Source: Dicyema japonicum (Eukaryota > Animalia > Dicyemida). From it: a DNA stretch of 64,000 bases. This document shows, piece after piece, positions 51,496 through 64,000 of the stretch. How positions within the stretch are numbered: the first letter of the stretch is position 1; every line of letters begins with the position of its first letter. The notes under the pieces are model-generated. The model was not told the origin of the DNA and made no database searches. It was given only the letters and a program-made list of their open reading frames with translations. The translations under genes and the position numbers were made by a program. The stretch covers positions 288,069 through 352,068 of the forward strand of contig RDEW01000035.1 in NCBI GenBank assembly GCA_011109175.1. Direction: 5' to 3'.

Positions 51496-53059
51496 TCATT
51501 TACAATAATTAAAGTTTAAATGTAGTAAGAATAAATCTCAATCAGAGTCTAATGACGCGTTGGCATAAATTTAGTTTATTATAGGTTTGCTTTATAAAAC
51601 TTAAAGCGCATTATTTTTCAAGGTGGTATAATCTATCATCCCCCATCTTAATGAAAACATGAGACATCAAAAACCTGAGGTTTTTGAAATAAATATTGAT
51701 CAGATGCACTACTCTCTGAGTTCAATTCCAAAAGACTCTGTATTGCTGTTGAACCAAAGGAATTGACAAGAAATCTAGTAGAGACGTTAATTGACCTATC
51801 CTCATTAAAGGAGGAGCCCCAGTGCCTTCAAACTACTAGTCCAATGGCAGGACGCTTCCACAGCTCTTTCAATGGATTCTATACAGAATAAACCGCAGTC
51901 GGAACATTAACAGTTGGTAAGAAAAGGTAACCAGTGAACCTAGTCTGTCAGTATTTGGAAGTTTATTTGGCGAATTTTGGAGGTTTAACATGTTAATCAG
52001 AATCGAACAAATAATAGATATACAGCAAAATCACTATAAAAATTCCACAAAAACTAAACTCCAATAGGTCTGCTATTAGGAGCGTTTAATGTCCATTAAA
52101 AAGTGACGTGACTCGTCCTGCATTTTTAAATAGGTTTTAGCTGATCTTCGATTGAGTAAGTCCGACCATGATTGGCGCACTCTGTTCCTGATCTCGTGTA
52201 GAATTTATTTTTTAATTTTTTTGTTTCGTTCAGCATTACAGGTTTCAGTTCTAATCCCAATGTCGAGTTGATGGATAGATGTTTCATTATCTGTAAAGTT
52301 TTAAGCACCTTTGTATTTTTCTTTTATATTGCTAAGATCCCAACCGTTTCCTTGACGACCGAGATTATACCTCGCGCTATTCTCTCCATAGGACATAAGG
52401 TCAACCATCCACGAAGACTTCAGACAGATATTCTGTTATTTTCGTATGGTATCTTGATGAGAAGCAGTATTTACCAATTCTTGTGCTCTTTCCGGCCTAT
52501 CACGGTTCGTTATTCAATAAAGACTTCGGAGTCAGTTTATCGGGGTTTCAAGTTTTCGTCTCAAAGATTGCTTTTTAGTTTAGTTTTCTGAAGTAATTTT
52601 TAGAAATATTTTCATGCTTTACTTCCAAGTGTTGTAGTTGCGGCAGTAGTGCCTGCGTTCTAAAAATGGGGTCCTTCTGATGTCAATTGCGGAGATCATC
52701 AAATCCTACCTTTCAGTGCGGATTGAAATAGAGAATCATATATCCTATTATCCAAGTAAGGGGTCAGAGGTTCGTAAGGGGGAATTGGGTGTTGTATGGA
52801 CTTGGAGGTTTCAGTATTTATAAGATAAATGTACTTGCTTCCAAAAAATGCATGACACTTGATTTTTTGTAAGTAGTTTGAGTCCTTGTCACTTGTTTTT
52901 TTGTAAGTAGTTTGAAGCCACTCTAACTCATAATATCTCCAATTTATAGTCATAGGATTCTTTCTGAGAGCATACTCAATCCTGATGTGTCGGATATGAG
53001 CACATCATTAGCATATAATAAATCAGACATTTAGGCAGAGGGGAATTTGCCTGTGGATG

Positions 53060-53330
53060 TCAAAGGGTTGTAAATAGCCCCCATATGGGGTTCATCATCT
53101 CTACTGGATTAGAATGATAGTGTCCATGTGTCCTCATGTGCAGCCATCTCTTTATCCGTCTTATCAACTCTAGCGTGATCCCCATCTGGGATAACTGGAA
53201 GAGGAATGTCTCGTGACTCACGTTGTCTAACGCCTTTGAAAAATCCACACATGACATTCAGAAGGTACTTAGAATTTGCAGATGACATTCAACTTTCCAC
53301 TTTCTCGGCAGTACAGGTTTAAAGTCTTCA
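53060..53330 (-). mobile_element. CR1/L2-like RT fragment
   Basis: VDFSKALDNVSHETFLFQLSQMGI. Confidence 0.7.
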
Positions 53331-53399
53331 ACTCATCGAAGGTTAACTTGTAGATACGGCATTGGATTCCTCTCCTTTTGAAAAAGGTAGAAACCAGCT

Positions 53400-53945
53400 G
53401 ATTTCCCTGCAATCACGTCTCAACGGAAATAAACAAGTGACCTTTAATGCTTCGGTATTTCTTCTCTTTAATCCTCGGCTTGCTTAAAAGCATGAACTTG
53501 GTCCGAAGCTGAAGCGGCCAAATGATATCAATACAAGTAACGTCCCAAACCAGATTCTGACCATTAGCAAAGGGCAATATTGTCATCTCGTCCGGGCGTT
53601 TACTATCGTCTTGCGTGAGACCAGTCGGCTCCAAAATGTAGTGGTGACCAGAAAAGGAAAGTGTGTTTTTCAACGTCACGTTAAGACAGACATGCTTTGG
53701 GAAACCTCGCCTAACCTGCACAACAGTAGATATTAGCCATATGGATCGATCAAACGTCCATAACTACATTTTCGCTTCGCACACAATTTAAGGGCAAGAC
53801 ATAGCGAGGCGGCTATTCTCCTGCCTCATCATCCAGCAGGTTACTAATCTCGGCACAAGGATAGGTGTTCAACCAGGAACCTACTGAATGGCAGCTAGTC
53901 GTTTTGAGGCATGCAAGTCTTCTTCCATCTCCAGTGCATTTTTTA
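53400..53945 (-). mobile_element. Older CRE-like copy (zinc knuckle to RLE)
   Basis: LEPTGLTQDDSKRPD...LVWDVTCID...VET; colinear with 56620-57180. Confidence 0.9.
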
Positions 53946-56480
53946 TTAATGAAGCTATTTTACGACTCAAATTATTTGATGTTTCGTGGCAGCACTTAGC
54001 TGATTCTTGCACTTGTTTTGAAAGACGATATTTAGAAAACAATAGCCTTTTACTAAACAAAGGCACTATTTTGAAATTTTAAAAAATTTCAGCCATCCTT
54101 TAAAGGCAAAGAAGTTGGTGTAATAAATGGAGATAGTGGAATCATTCGGTATCAATCTTTTAGGTGGTTTAGGATGATGCTTTAATATCTGACAAGACTG
54201 CATCTTCAAGAGATGGATTTAGAATGCTCAAGTTACACTGAGAATTGCGAACAGACAAATCAATCATGCAAACACTCTGAATGCTCATAACCCTACCTAG
54301 GTAAAATATCCCCTAAACTATAAGAAATAGAGATTGAGTACAATATGCATACTGAAGGAGAATTTAAACTTATCTTTATTGTACAATCTCAGGACTGATT
54401 CTAGCTCATTCACTCACCCTAACAATTATATCTTTGTATGTCTTATTTGGTAAAGTCAACGCACTTTGACGATAGGGTATGTTAAGATTAATGGATAGAG
54501 TTAGGTGGACGTTATCACGTGGACCAGTCTCTCATGAACCTGAAATTGCTTTGGTGTCAAAAGACCACATTCATCTATCTCGAGGTCATTGTAGTAAGCA
54601 GCCTCATCACTTGACTTCAGAAATAATAAAGAAATTGAAAGGCCATCAAGTTGGATTATTATCATTCTGTCGTGGATTTATCCAAGACTATAGATGTCTT
54701 TGACGAAAGTTGTTAAATATAGTGGGTTACAATAATTAAGAGGTACACACTCTAAACTCTCTTGTGTTGCTGAGAAGACTTACTTTGACTATGAAGAACC
54801 ATGTAGATCCGAACAAGATCTAGCAGTTACCACATCCTGACCCAATGCTCTTCAGCCCACACAAGCACGTATTACCTCGGTTCTTACTGATTAAAAACTC
54901 ATAAAAATTGAAGGGAGACTTTTTTCAAAATACATCGCTCCGTGATTTTGAATTCCTTTTTCTAGCATTGATCTTCGTGGAATTCGTCAGGAAATAAATG
55001 GACTCCACGAGGCCCATGTGTATAAAATGGATGCCTCAATGTACAAGATAAGTCGAGATAGTTTCCAGGATAAGTCGATTCGAAAAGAGGCTGATTGGCC
55101 GCAATCTTCCAAGGGAATGTGCTCAATCACGAGAGCTTGTTCTCCAAGAGACTCCATTTCCCACTAACTAGAAACTCTAAGATCATGGTATTACCGTTGA
55201 GCATGGCCAACTTGAGCTTCCTTCAGTGATCATGCACAGTTTAGGCTGAACGGGCAACAATTTCCCAAATCAACTCGAATTTGTTTCCATAGTCCTTCCG
55301 AAAGCCCAAATGAGCCAGTCGCCATCTTCCGTAAATATTTGTCCATCGCCTCATTGGACACGGTTTCCGGTCGTAATGCTTTGCCCAATGCTGGACTGTG
55401 TAATTGACCCAAGCAATCTTAGAAAAGAGATCGACTTGGGCCCAAAGACTCCACTCGTCTCGGCGATAACGGACTGACCGAAGAACCACAAATTAACTAT
55501 TAAAAATGCTGACAACTTTCACCCTATTGGATAAGTTTATCCCATCTCTCCACAATTAATCATTTTACCATCATCCAGTGGGATATCCTTACAATTAACG
55601 CGATTTTTTCTTTTGATGCAGAAATAGAATCTTTATTAACGCTCTTGCTTCTGCGCAACTACCATGCTTTAAGGAGTATTCTTCAATCCGACTGATTGAA
55701 TGTTTTTCGATGGATAAACTGTCCATATAATTTTTGAAGCATTTTGAGACTGCATCCCAATCATCAAAATATTCTTTAGTTGAAAGTCGTAGAGCAACGA
55801 GAGCTCACTGCAAGGTCATACTTGTGACACTTTCAACCTCAACTTATCGGTAACAGGTTTACCCCCTGTATAAGAAATGGAGATGAGGTTCCATCTCATA
55901 TTATAAATGAAAACATTTAGCACAATAGTTTTTTTCACTCGTTACCTTAAAATCGTTTAACGACTACAATATTTGGTTTATTATCTACAAAATACTTTTA
56001 CTACTTTTTTATCTACAAAATGGAAAACGGATAAAATTGTTTGATTCTCGAACTGTAACTTGTACAATTTAACAATGTTACAAAATTAGTTGGAATATTG
56101 GGAGATATCTGGGAACTCTCTTTTTGTTAATAATTCCGGATATACCCATAATAAATTTTATCTAATTCCCTCAGTCGGAATGGGACGTATCCTTTCCTAA
56201 CATCATATCCCTTCCAAATATCCACCATTAAGGAACCCCTCCACTGGATTAAAGAAAATCATTTTCGAATGGATGCCAGACCTTAGACATTTCCGTACAT
56301 AGGTGTATCCAATCACACGTCTAGGAATTGAAGGCAAGAGCGGAAAGGAAATTCTTCGACCAAGTAGCTAGCAGAGTGCTACCATCTGGTCAATATCTTC
56401 ATTTAACAATCATAAAAATATACTTTCAAAAATATGGTTTTTAAAAATCCTAAATTAATTATTGAAACATATTGAAGCAT

Positions 56481-56535
56481 GGGAATACCACGCAGTCAGA
56501 GCAGCCACTATATGACCATTTACTCTCTTTTCTTT
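56481..56535 (+). mobile_element. CRE-like 3' tip (subfamily of 31070-31505)
   Basis: HAVRAATI* plus tttactctcttttcttt. Confidence 0.7.
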
Positions 56536-56550
56536 ACTAAATAAAATGGT

Positions 56551-58020
56551 TCACAGCTTGAATCATGGAGCCGATCTTACGAACCAACTCATCTGCTTGA
56601 GGGCCAAGGATTCCTGACGTTTTTACCGCGAATGGAACAAAAAGATACTCCTCCGAAATTCTCTGGTACTTCCTCCTCTTTCGTTCCTCGGCCTGCTTTG
56701 AAGCATGTCCTGGGTCTGAAGCAGAAGCAACCAAATTAGACGGGGAATAAGTATCAAAACACGTCGCGTCCCAGATCAGGTTTCGTCCGTTGGCGAATGG
56801 AAAAGTCGTCATCCCATCAGGGCGTTTTCCATCGTTTCGGGAAAGACCAGCAGGTTCTAACAGGCAATGGTGTCCAGCAGAGGCAAGGGAATTCTTTAAT
56901 GTCATGTTAAGACAGGAGTGCCTGGGGAAACGACCCGCACTCATCTTGCATGACAAGGGATGATAACCAAAAGGATCGATCCAACGTCCACAGCAGCATT
57001 TTCTTTCGGCACACAATTTAAGACCAAGACGAAGCGAGGTAGCTATTCTCACAGCCTCATCATCCAACAGGTTTCCAATTTCAGCAGATGGATAAGCGTT
57101 CATCCAGGCCCCCGTCGAGTGACAACTGGCTGTTTTGAGGCAAGCAAGCCTTCTTACATCTTTCCTTTTTTCCAAGACACAAAACAAATAGGACTTTTGC
57201 TTATCACAATTGGCCGGAGCATTCAGGTACAAATTCATCCATTCATCCCAAGCTCCCGACGGCGTCAGCGGTACGTTTAGTCCGGAAGTAGAGTGAAGGA
57301 CCGTATCCACTAAACGCCTTGACAAGCCGAACGAAGATAAATAGGCGCCCAAAGCAACCACCGTAGGCTACAGGGAGTGAGACCTGTAACCATCCGAAAT
57401 CATCAAAACAAACATTAAGAATGGACCCCATCGTTGACCGGATATCCATGTCAATTAACGATAGAAGGTCTTTTTCGGCGTAGCATGGGGATCCCCGTAG
57501 AATAAAAAGGAGTTTTGGGAGAAGGAGACAATTCTTCAGCATAAAAAAGGCGACATGACGGTCCAAAAAACTCATCCTGTCGGCATACTGGCGTAAATTA
57601 GTCCTCTTGCCTTCCAATAACTCCCTCACCTGGTATACCAAAATCCCACACCCAAGGAAGTCGAGAGAATCAATATGAGTCTCCCTAACCCCTGGGATGA
57701 TATCGCAGAGTTTTCTATGAAAAAGGTAGAATGAATCGGAACTCAAATTCAGATTAATTGCTTCGCACTTATCATTGTTAAATTCCAGACCAATTTTTCC
57801 ACACAAACGTCTGATCGATGCAACTTTGGAGAGAATATCATCGGGACCTCCACCGAGAATACAATCGTCCAAATACCAGACGTTTAGTGGAGTGCAACGG
57901 TCCTGGGCAATATGGTCGATAGACAAGGAAAATAGAAGAGGACGAGTGGGTCCCCCTGTTGAACTCCGGATCCGGATGAAATAATTCCACTGCGAAAAAC
58001 AAGAGGGGATGGATCCGAAT
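56551..58020 (-). mobile_element. Young CRE-like retrotransposon, inverted 5' segment (RT, zinc knuckle, RLE; two frameshifts)
   Basis: GVQQGDPL, WYLDD, LPVAYGG, SLRLG, CCCG..D..G.H.LSC, RHS, KRPDG, WDAT, AEERKRRKY. Confidence 0.95.
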
Positions 58021-58138
58021 TAAGATCGGCTCCATGATTCAAGCTGTGACCAAGGATCCGCGAGAGACTGGTTGGTTCCGAGAACGTATCTCGTTGGCTA
58101 TTGTTAGGGGAAATAGCATGGCTATTCAGATGCCTTAA
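58021..58138 (+). mobile_element. Non-inverted 3' end of the same CRE-like insertion
   Basis: KIGSMIQAVTKDPRETGWFRERISLAIVRGNSMAIQMP*; reverse complement of 7308-7425. Confidence 0.95.
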
Positions 58139-58229
58139 TTAATTAACTAAAATTTTTTTTAAATAATATAGGTTTTTATACATTAAAAATTAAATATCAA
58201 AAATCGTCACTTTAAAAAAAATCCAGTAA

Positions 58230-58900
58230 CTGATCGTCTAACATTCTTACTTTCTTGTCTGTGACACTAAGAAGCTTGAAAGTATTCGTCAATCCTCATT
58301 CAACATTTGTACAAATAACCTCACGAGCATTCTCAAACCGTTTCTCCATAATTTCGCGCTTAGACTCAATCGACTTTGCACCAGTCACATCATCAAGATG
58401 AACTGAAGAACTGTTTTCGACTCAGAATCTGTTTCAGGCTCTTCATCCACGTGATTAAGTTTATTTACGTACTCTTCGTACCTATTCCTCTCCTCTTCAA
58501 CCTTCAATTAGTACATCCCGTCATTAGCCTAAGAATAAGAGAATAATTGACCTCAGGAAAAATGGAAATTTTAGAATATAGTTTTCCGTGGATGAGATAC
58601 TCTGGATTACTTCGTTCAATCTTCATGTCAAGGTTAATCGTCAGCTAAACCTCACAACCAAAATGTACAGAGGACTCGTTCTCCCGATCTTCTATTCGGT
58701 CAACAACGTCACTGTTGACAATCACAAGCGGCTCTTTAGGATTCCCATTCGTTACTTTCATCAACAATCTCCTCTACATTATCAACTTGAGGGACAGAAC
58801 ACAGCTAAAAATTATGTCATTTACAACCTTAGAGAACAACTGAGTGGTTATTAAGAATCCGTGATATACACCTTGAAATATTTCGTCCCAATGAGGTTAC
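58230..58900 (-). pseudogene. Decayed unknown host gene with 23-nt introns (58529-58551, 58805-58827)
   Basis: gtcaattattctcttattcttag and gttgtaaatgacataatttttag lie between acidic, coiled-coil-like coding pieces that contain stops. Confidence 0.45.
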
Positions 58901-61900
58901 TCAAGCGTCTAAATCGATGCGAGTCATAAACGTATAATCGTCGTATACTGGAAATAAGACAAGGATTACTTTAATTATCTTGACAGAAGACTCTGACCAT
59001 AATCTGATCAAAATAGGACCACCACTTGGGGTTGGTACAAAAGTCTAGTAAATTTCAAAATATATTGCTGAACAAAGTCTGATATCCAGCTGATATTAAC
59101 TCAACAGAAGGATTCTAGAGTTGAGGTACCGAATGAAGCAGCTATATGGGGCATCCCCTGTATATTACACACAGTCTCTCCCTTACAATAAAATAATCAA
59201 AAACCTTCAAAAAATTCCAAGGGATTTGAAGTCCATCGATAGAATCAATCGCTGTGAGTTGTGGTACCCAATACATTTTATCGGTTTCACGTAATGATGA
59301 TACATCACAGGCGGAAGAAAGCTCGTCCTCAAGTTTTAGAGGCATGGAATAACTAGTCGACAAACGTGTCCAGGTAAATTTAGGCGGTAAATATCAAAAG
59401 AACAGGAATGATCAACAATTCCGATCCGCGTAGATAAAATAAAAGTCACATCCTGATGTGGAGTTTCGCATTCTGTGAAACAGTCCATTCCCTCTGGAAT
59501 TCAACAAATAGGTCAGCCATTAGGAAAAAGACTTGAATATAATTATAGTTAAACCTTTATCTACACCTCGTTCAAATTTAAAGACCATTCCATGAGGTCG
59601 TAGATTTCACAACTGGTTGTAAAGATCTGAGATGAGAAAGAGTACAACCAATGGCCCGAACATAAACTTTCGGAAATAATGTAAAGGCTATGACAACTAG
59701 AAAATGTTATGTCCTGAACCAGTTGTACTCTTTCACACAAGCACCGTTATCTCAGTCAAGGTGTCTACGTTCACGATCTGACATCCACTAGGAGATTAGA
59801 CTATGCAATCATACATCAAAGAGAGCTTTTACTGTAGAAAGAGTGTAATACGTTGTTTTTTTTAATATTGTTTCTTGCATTAGATTTATTCAAAATGTCA
59901 CCAATGCAACAGAAGAATAAAAACGCGTATAATTCAAACTGCTATTATCTATTTATTTTTTAGATAATTAAAAATTTTATTAATTTTTGAAAAATCAAAT
60001 TACCGACTATATAGTGGACTTCATATCGGAAAACTTGGAAAGCCTTGTAATCCTCAACATCCCCTGACAAATTGATGCTGATGTAAATTGGCCTGTTTCC
60101 GAAGTGACCACAACTCAATTCTCATCCAATTTAATAGTTCACCCATAACTGAAAAATATAAGTTGGAACATACTTTGACAAATCTTTAATGGATATCAAC
60201 AATATTTTGACAAGGTAGGATCTACCTTCAACGAAACAATCCGTTTGGGTACTAAATAAACGAGGACATCAAGTACGAACAAGACAATATTAGAAATGAA
60301 CTCAAAAAATAATAAAATAGTTAAATTCCTCTGAAGAAATTAAGACTTTACAAAACAGACATTTTCTCTACCAATATAATTGAAATTTCCTTCTCAACGG
60401 AAAACAAATCCACACAAAAAACTCGATCAAAACTTTTGGTTTTACATAAGACCAACTTGTTACCTTTTGATGAAACTCGAGAAACGTGTTGACCAGAAAA
60501 AAACAGAATTTCATAAAAGGCGCTCCATGGCATTAGATTTGAACCAATCGTCAGCTTCGGTTGTACCGTTTTGGACATTATTCTAAGCAAAACGCTCTTG
60601 GAGATCAAGGAGCTACAGTCTCTGTAACTGGAACTCTATCGTCTTCCATGGTAGCTACGATTCCTTGAGAGACCCTAGTAAAAATAACGGATGTGTGAGA
60701 TCTCATGATTAATATAGAGCGAAAATGATATGATTGCTGAGAGATGACAGGATGCCAAATGGCCACATTTCTCTCCTTAATTAAATGGGGATTCTTGGTT
60801 TAAATAAGAATTAAAACATGTAGTTTCTTATTTCAGCATTTGCTCATACAATCGAGAAAACTATATCATCAACTGATAGTGTAAATGGATCAAATCAAAA
60901 ACACGATCAAGTGAATATGATGAACTAAAGACATCAAACAGAACCCCAGGCCACACCAAAACAGTAAATTTCTGGCATCATTCTACAAAGCATAAATTGA
61001 CTTACGCACAAATTAACCTGAACTTGTTACATTCTTGCCATCTACAAAATTGTTGTGCTTTTTCAAACATTCTTTCCAAGTTCAAAGACTGTCCACTCTA
61101 ACTGACCAGCGGCGTCTCACTTTTATCCACAAATGATTCCTCCCCTCCAATCAAAATCTTCTCTTTCGGTAGGGATCCAGGTAAGCCTGGCACGTCTACA
61201 CCATGAACATTACTCTTTTCCATCAAATATAGATCTAAATCAGGTGATGTGAAAGATGTCCTCCGTTCTTTTTGCAACCTCTTCGGATTGACAGCAAATT
61301 CATCTTTTTGAATTTCCAGAACTTATAGAATGTCTATCTTCCTCGCCTAATGTGACCTGCGTTTGACGGATCCTCCGTAGTATCCGCTGTTTCCTAGAAA
61401 TTGGTGAGGCCGGGGTTCATTAAGTTTATAATTACTCCAATCATCTGTAACAAGAGTTTATTCTCTTTAAAAATAAAGTTTTGGTCTATTACTGCCATTT
61501 AGACAAATTATGATTTTCTAGATTGTTTGGTAACAATCGTTTCATCTATTGATCCAACCAACGTTCAACCATTCTCCACGCCCTTTTCTTGATCCGTATT
61601 TCCCTCTTCCGTACTTTACTGAAGGGTTCCCACAGATATAGGGGCATGATGCTTGGAAAGAATTGATCTCACTTTGACCGTTGAGACTAGGATCACGTAG
61701 ATAGCTGAAGACTCTTTCTAATTCTGAGTTCCCGGGACAATGAATAATGCCATGACTTCCACTCTTCTCTATAAATAGACATACAGTTTTTACCGTGTCT
61801 TTCACGTTGAATCTAAAAAGTCTGGATTTGTGTCTTCACGCTATCATGAAATAACCAAACTTATAAATCATCAAGCTGAAAAATTTGTCATCCTTAAAAC

Positions 61901-62741
61901 ATCCTTTTCTAGTCAAAAGAATTAAAATCGATAATTAACAATTATAAGTGCAAAATCGACGTATTCTCGTTTTTTATCTTAGAAGAGCAACTGACTTGAT
62001 ATCACCTCCAACAATCTGTTCAGATAATCGTGACGTGCTCACTATTCATCAATCGTCGGCTACAACAACAAAGATGCAGAAGCGAAATCTTCTTCGAGAG
62101 TTTTGACTTTATGACTAAGGTCAACACTAAAATTTAGAATCAACGAATTTATCTTTTCATTTTTAAAAAAAAAATAATTCTCAATTTATAACTATATTAT
62201 TATAAAATCCTGAAGAACTCTAATAAACTCATTTGTTACACGTCAAAAGTATTAGATCGAAGTCTTATTTCCTCATGATCGTCGGGTTAGAAAAAAAAAT
62301 ATTAGAAGCTAACTAGGCGATCTTAAACTGACAAGTAGGGGGCCGAATTCAACGGGGCATGCATTTTGTTCTACTCTTTATTTGGCATGGTTTAAACTCA
62401 TATTTTGGGAAGTTTAAATGGTACCTGAGAAGGAGTTATTAAGAAATATGCTTGGTAGGCTGTCTGCCCTGAGGAATTACGTAGTCTTTCAATTGATGCA
62501 AAAGGCATGGATTCGAAATTAGATCAAATACTGTTATCTTTTCTTTGATAGTGGACATATTTGTAAGGAAGAGCGGGAGATGTAAATTGACCCTAATGCA
62601 GTAGCGTAGCTTCGATTAATTGAAGTTTTAAAGACTATTTTTTCCAAAAAACATGAATCATTGATGAATTTTACTTCAGACTTTTTTTACCAAAAAACCT
62701 GCTCAGTTGGTTATAGTCTCAAAAAACGAATAATTCAATTG

Positions 62742-62785
62742 CCTGGTAGCTCAGTTGATTAGACGTCCTCCTTTTCAAGGATAAA
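62742..62785 (+). pseudogene. tRNA 5'-half remnant or SINE head
   Basis: gcctggtagctcagttgattagacg plus tcct/agga stem; no T-arm. Confidence 0.35.
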
Positions 62786-63139
62786 GTAAAATAAATCACA
62801 AAATTTCGCTAAAATTTCAGTCAAAATCCGATTCCCTTAGTCGACTCGGGAATTCGAGCATCGAGGGCGCAATAGTGGTTGTTACGACGACTGGAACGAA
62901 AATAACATTTTCGAAAAATGTCACAAACAACGAACGGTGGTTCTGATTAGATGTGACCAGCAGATCAAACCTGGTGTTTTCTACTTGCAAGAACAATTAT
63001 TTTTCAGTCATGAAGCATCTCCACTTATTCATTTAAGGTTAGATTGTCTTTCATGTAATCAAGTCAAATTGTTGACGTAAAATAAAAAAAATATAATGAG
63101 AAAATAATAAGAGATACCAATATTTTTTTAGTTTTTATT

Positions 63140-64000
63140 AAAGTAAAATAAAGTCAGGCAATGGTCATACAGGGGACGTATTGACTGCTTGGATACCAAT
63201 ATTGGCCTGGTTAACAGACAATTCGGGAAGAGATTGTAGAATCCTACAATCCTCCTGACAAGAATATCACAGACAATAAATGACGATAGGGTGCAGGGAG
63301 ATAAATATTTTTAGAGTTCCGAATTCTCAAACTAGTAAAAGACATGGTTTTTCCGCCCTATACAGTCCAATCCCAGTGTTCATACACTCCAGGCGAGTCT
63401 TCAACTCATACGTTGGGCACCAAAGAACTCCATCATTGCCTGAATCAGATTAGCAGGCAGAGATGCACTTAGATAAAAGTCATAGAAAGCCTGAGAAGCT
63501 AAAAAACAGGGGACAAAGATTCCTCGTTGTATAACCAAGCTAACGACGTTCATCCTTCCCTTTTGGAAGACATCGCTTGTAAATTATCTTCTTTAACGAG
63601 TGAGGACAAAAATCGTTAACATTCCTCCTCGGCTAAATTGTTCTGGAATTTTCTACCAATAATTGTAGATGGCTGTCCATATTCCAGAATGTGGTGAACC
63701 GTCCACTTTCCGGTCTCCTTCAAACGGATAATGATCACGGAATACCTGGTAATCTCTGTCAAGAATCTTCAGAAGCTGTGGAATCGCGTAAGCAGAGTTG
63801 TAGGCAAATATTTTAGCCGTAGTGTACATCAAATACGACGACAATTCTCCATGATACCACAGGGAAAAATCTAAGAATTACGGAAAACGGAAACCTGGCT
63901 CATTTCAGAGTGGACTCTCAACATAATTTCAAATGCTTAAATTGTAGTTTTACTGGTACACCTGAATATCAGCGTACTCAATTCAGTTATGAACCATTTT
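63140..64000 (-). pseudogene. Decayed coding-like region, unknown product
   Basis: ORF 63653-63844 preceded by candidate 24-nt intron gtttccgttttccgtaattcttag; downstream stops. Confidence 0.3.

Overview
AT-rich eukaryotic nuclear DNA with no intact protein-coding gene that I can support. It is a mosaic of decayed transposable elements and decayed host-gene fragments in pieces of about 0.2-2 kb, separated by short, almost pure A/T tracts. Non-LTR retrotransposons: CRE-like elements with a restriction-like endonuclease (about 10 copies), Ingi/Vingi-like elements (one with a degenerate 2A-like motif), RTE, and a Jockey/I-like element. DNA transposons: hAT (Buster with intact TIRs and 8-bp TSD, SPIN-like, hAT19/CGGBP-like), pogo/Tigger, Tc1, Merlin and Ginger2-like. 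There is also a modular SINE superfamily with a shared core and swappable heads and tails. Host fragments include Cdc37, beta-tubulin and ferritin. The ORF track misses 22-30 nt GT-AG microintrons, which restore conserved reading frames in the Cdc37 fragment and in two transposases. Introns this short fit a reduced, microintron-bearing lineage such as a dicyemid mesozoan (inference only). Other highlights are a 5'-inverted (twin-priming-like) CRE insertion and a palindromic microintron. Near-duplications around the five N bases look like uncollapsed haplotypes. All calls are by eye, and the boundaries of decayed elements are approximate.
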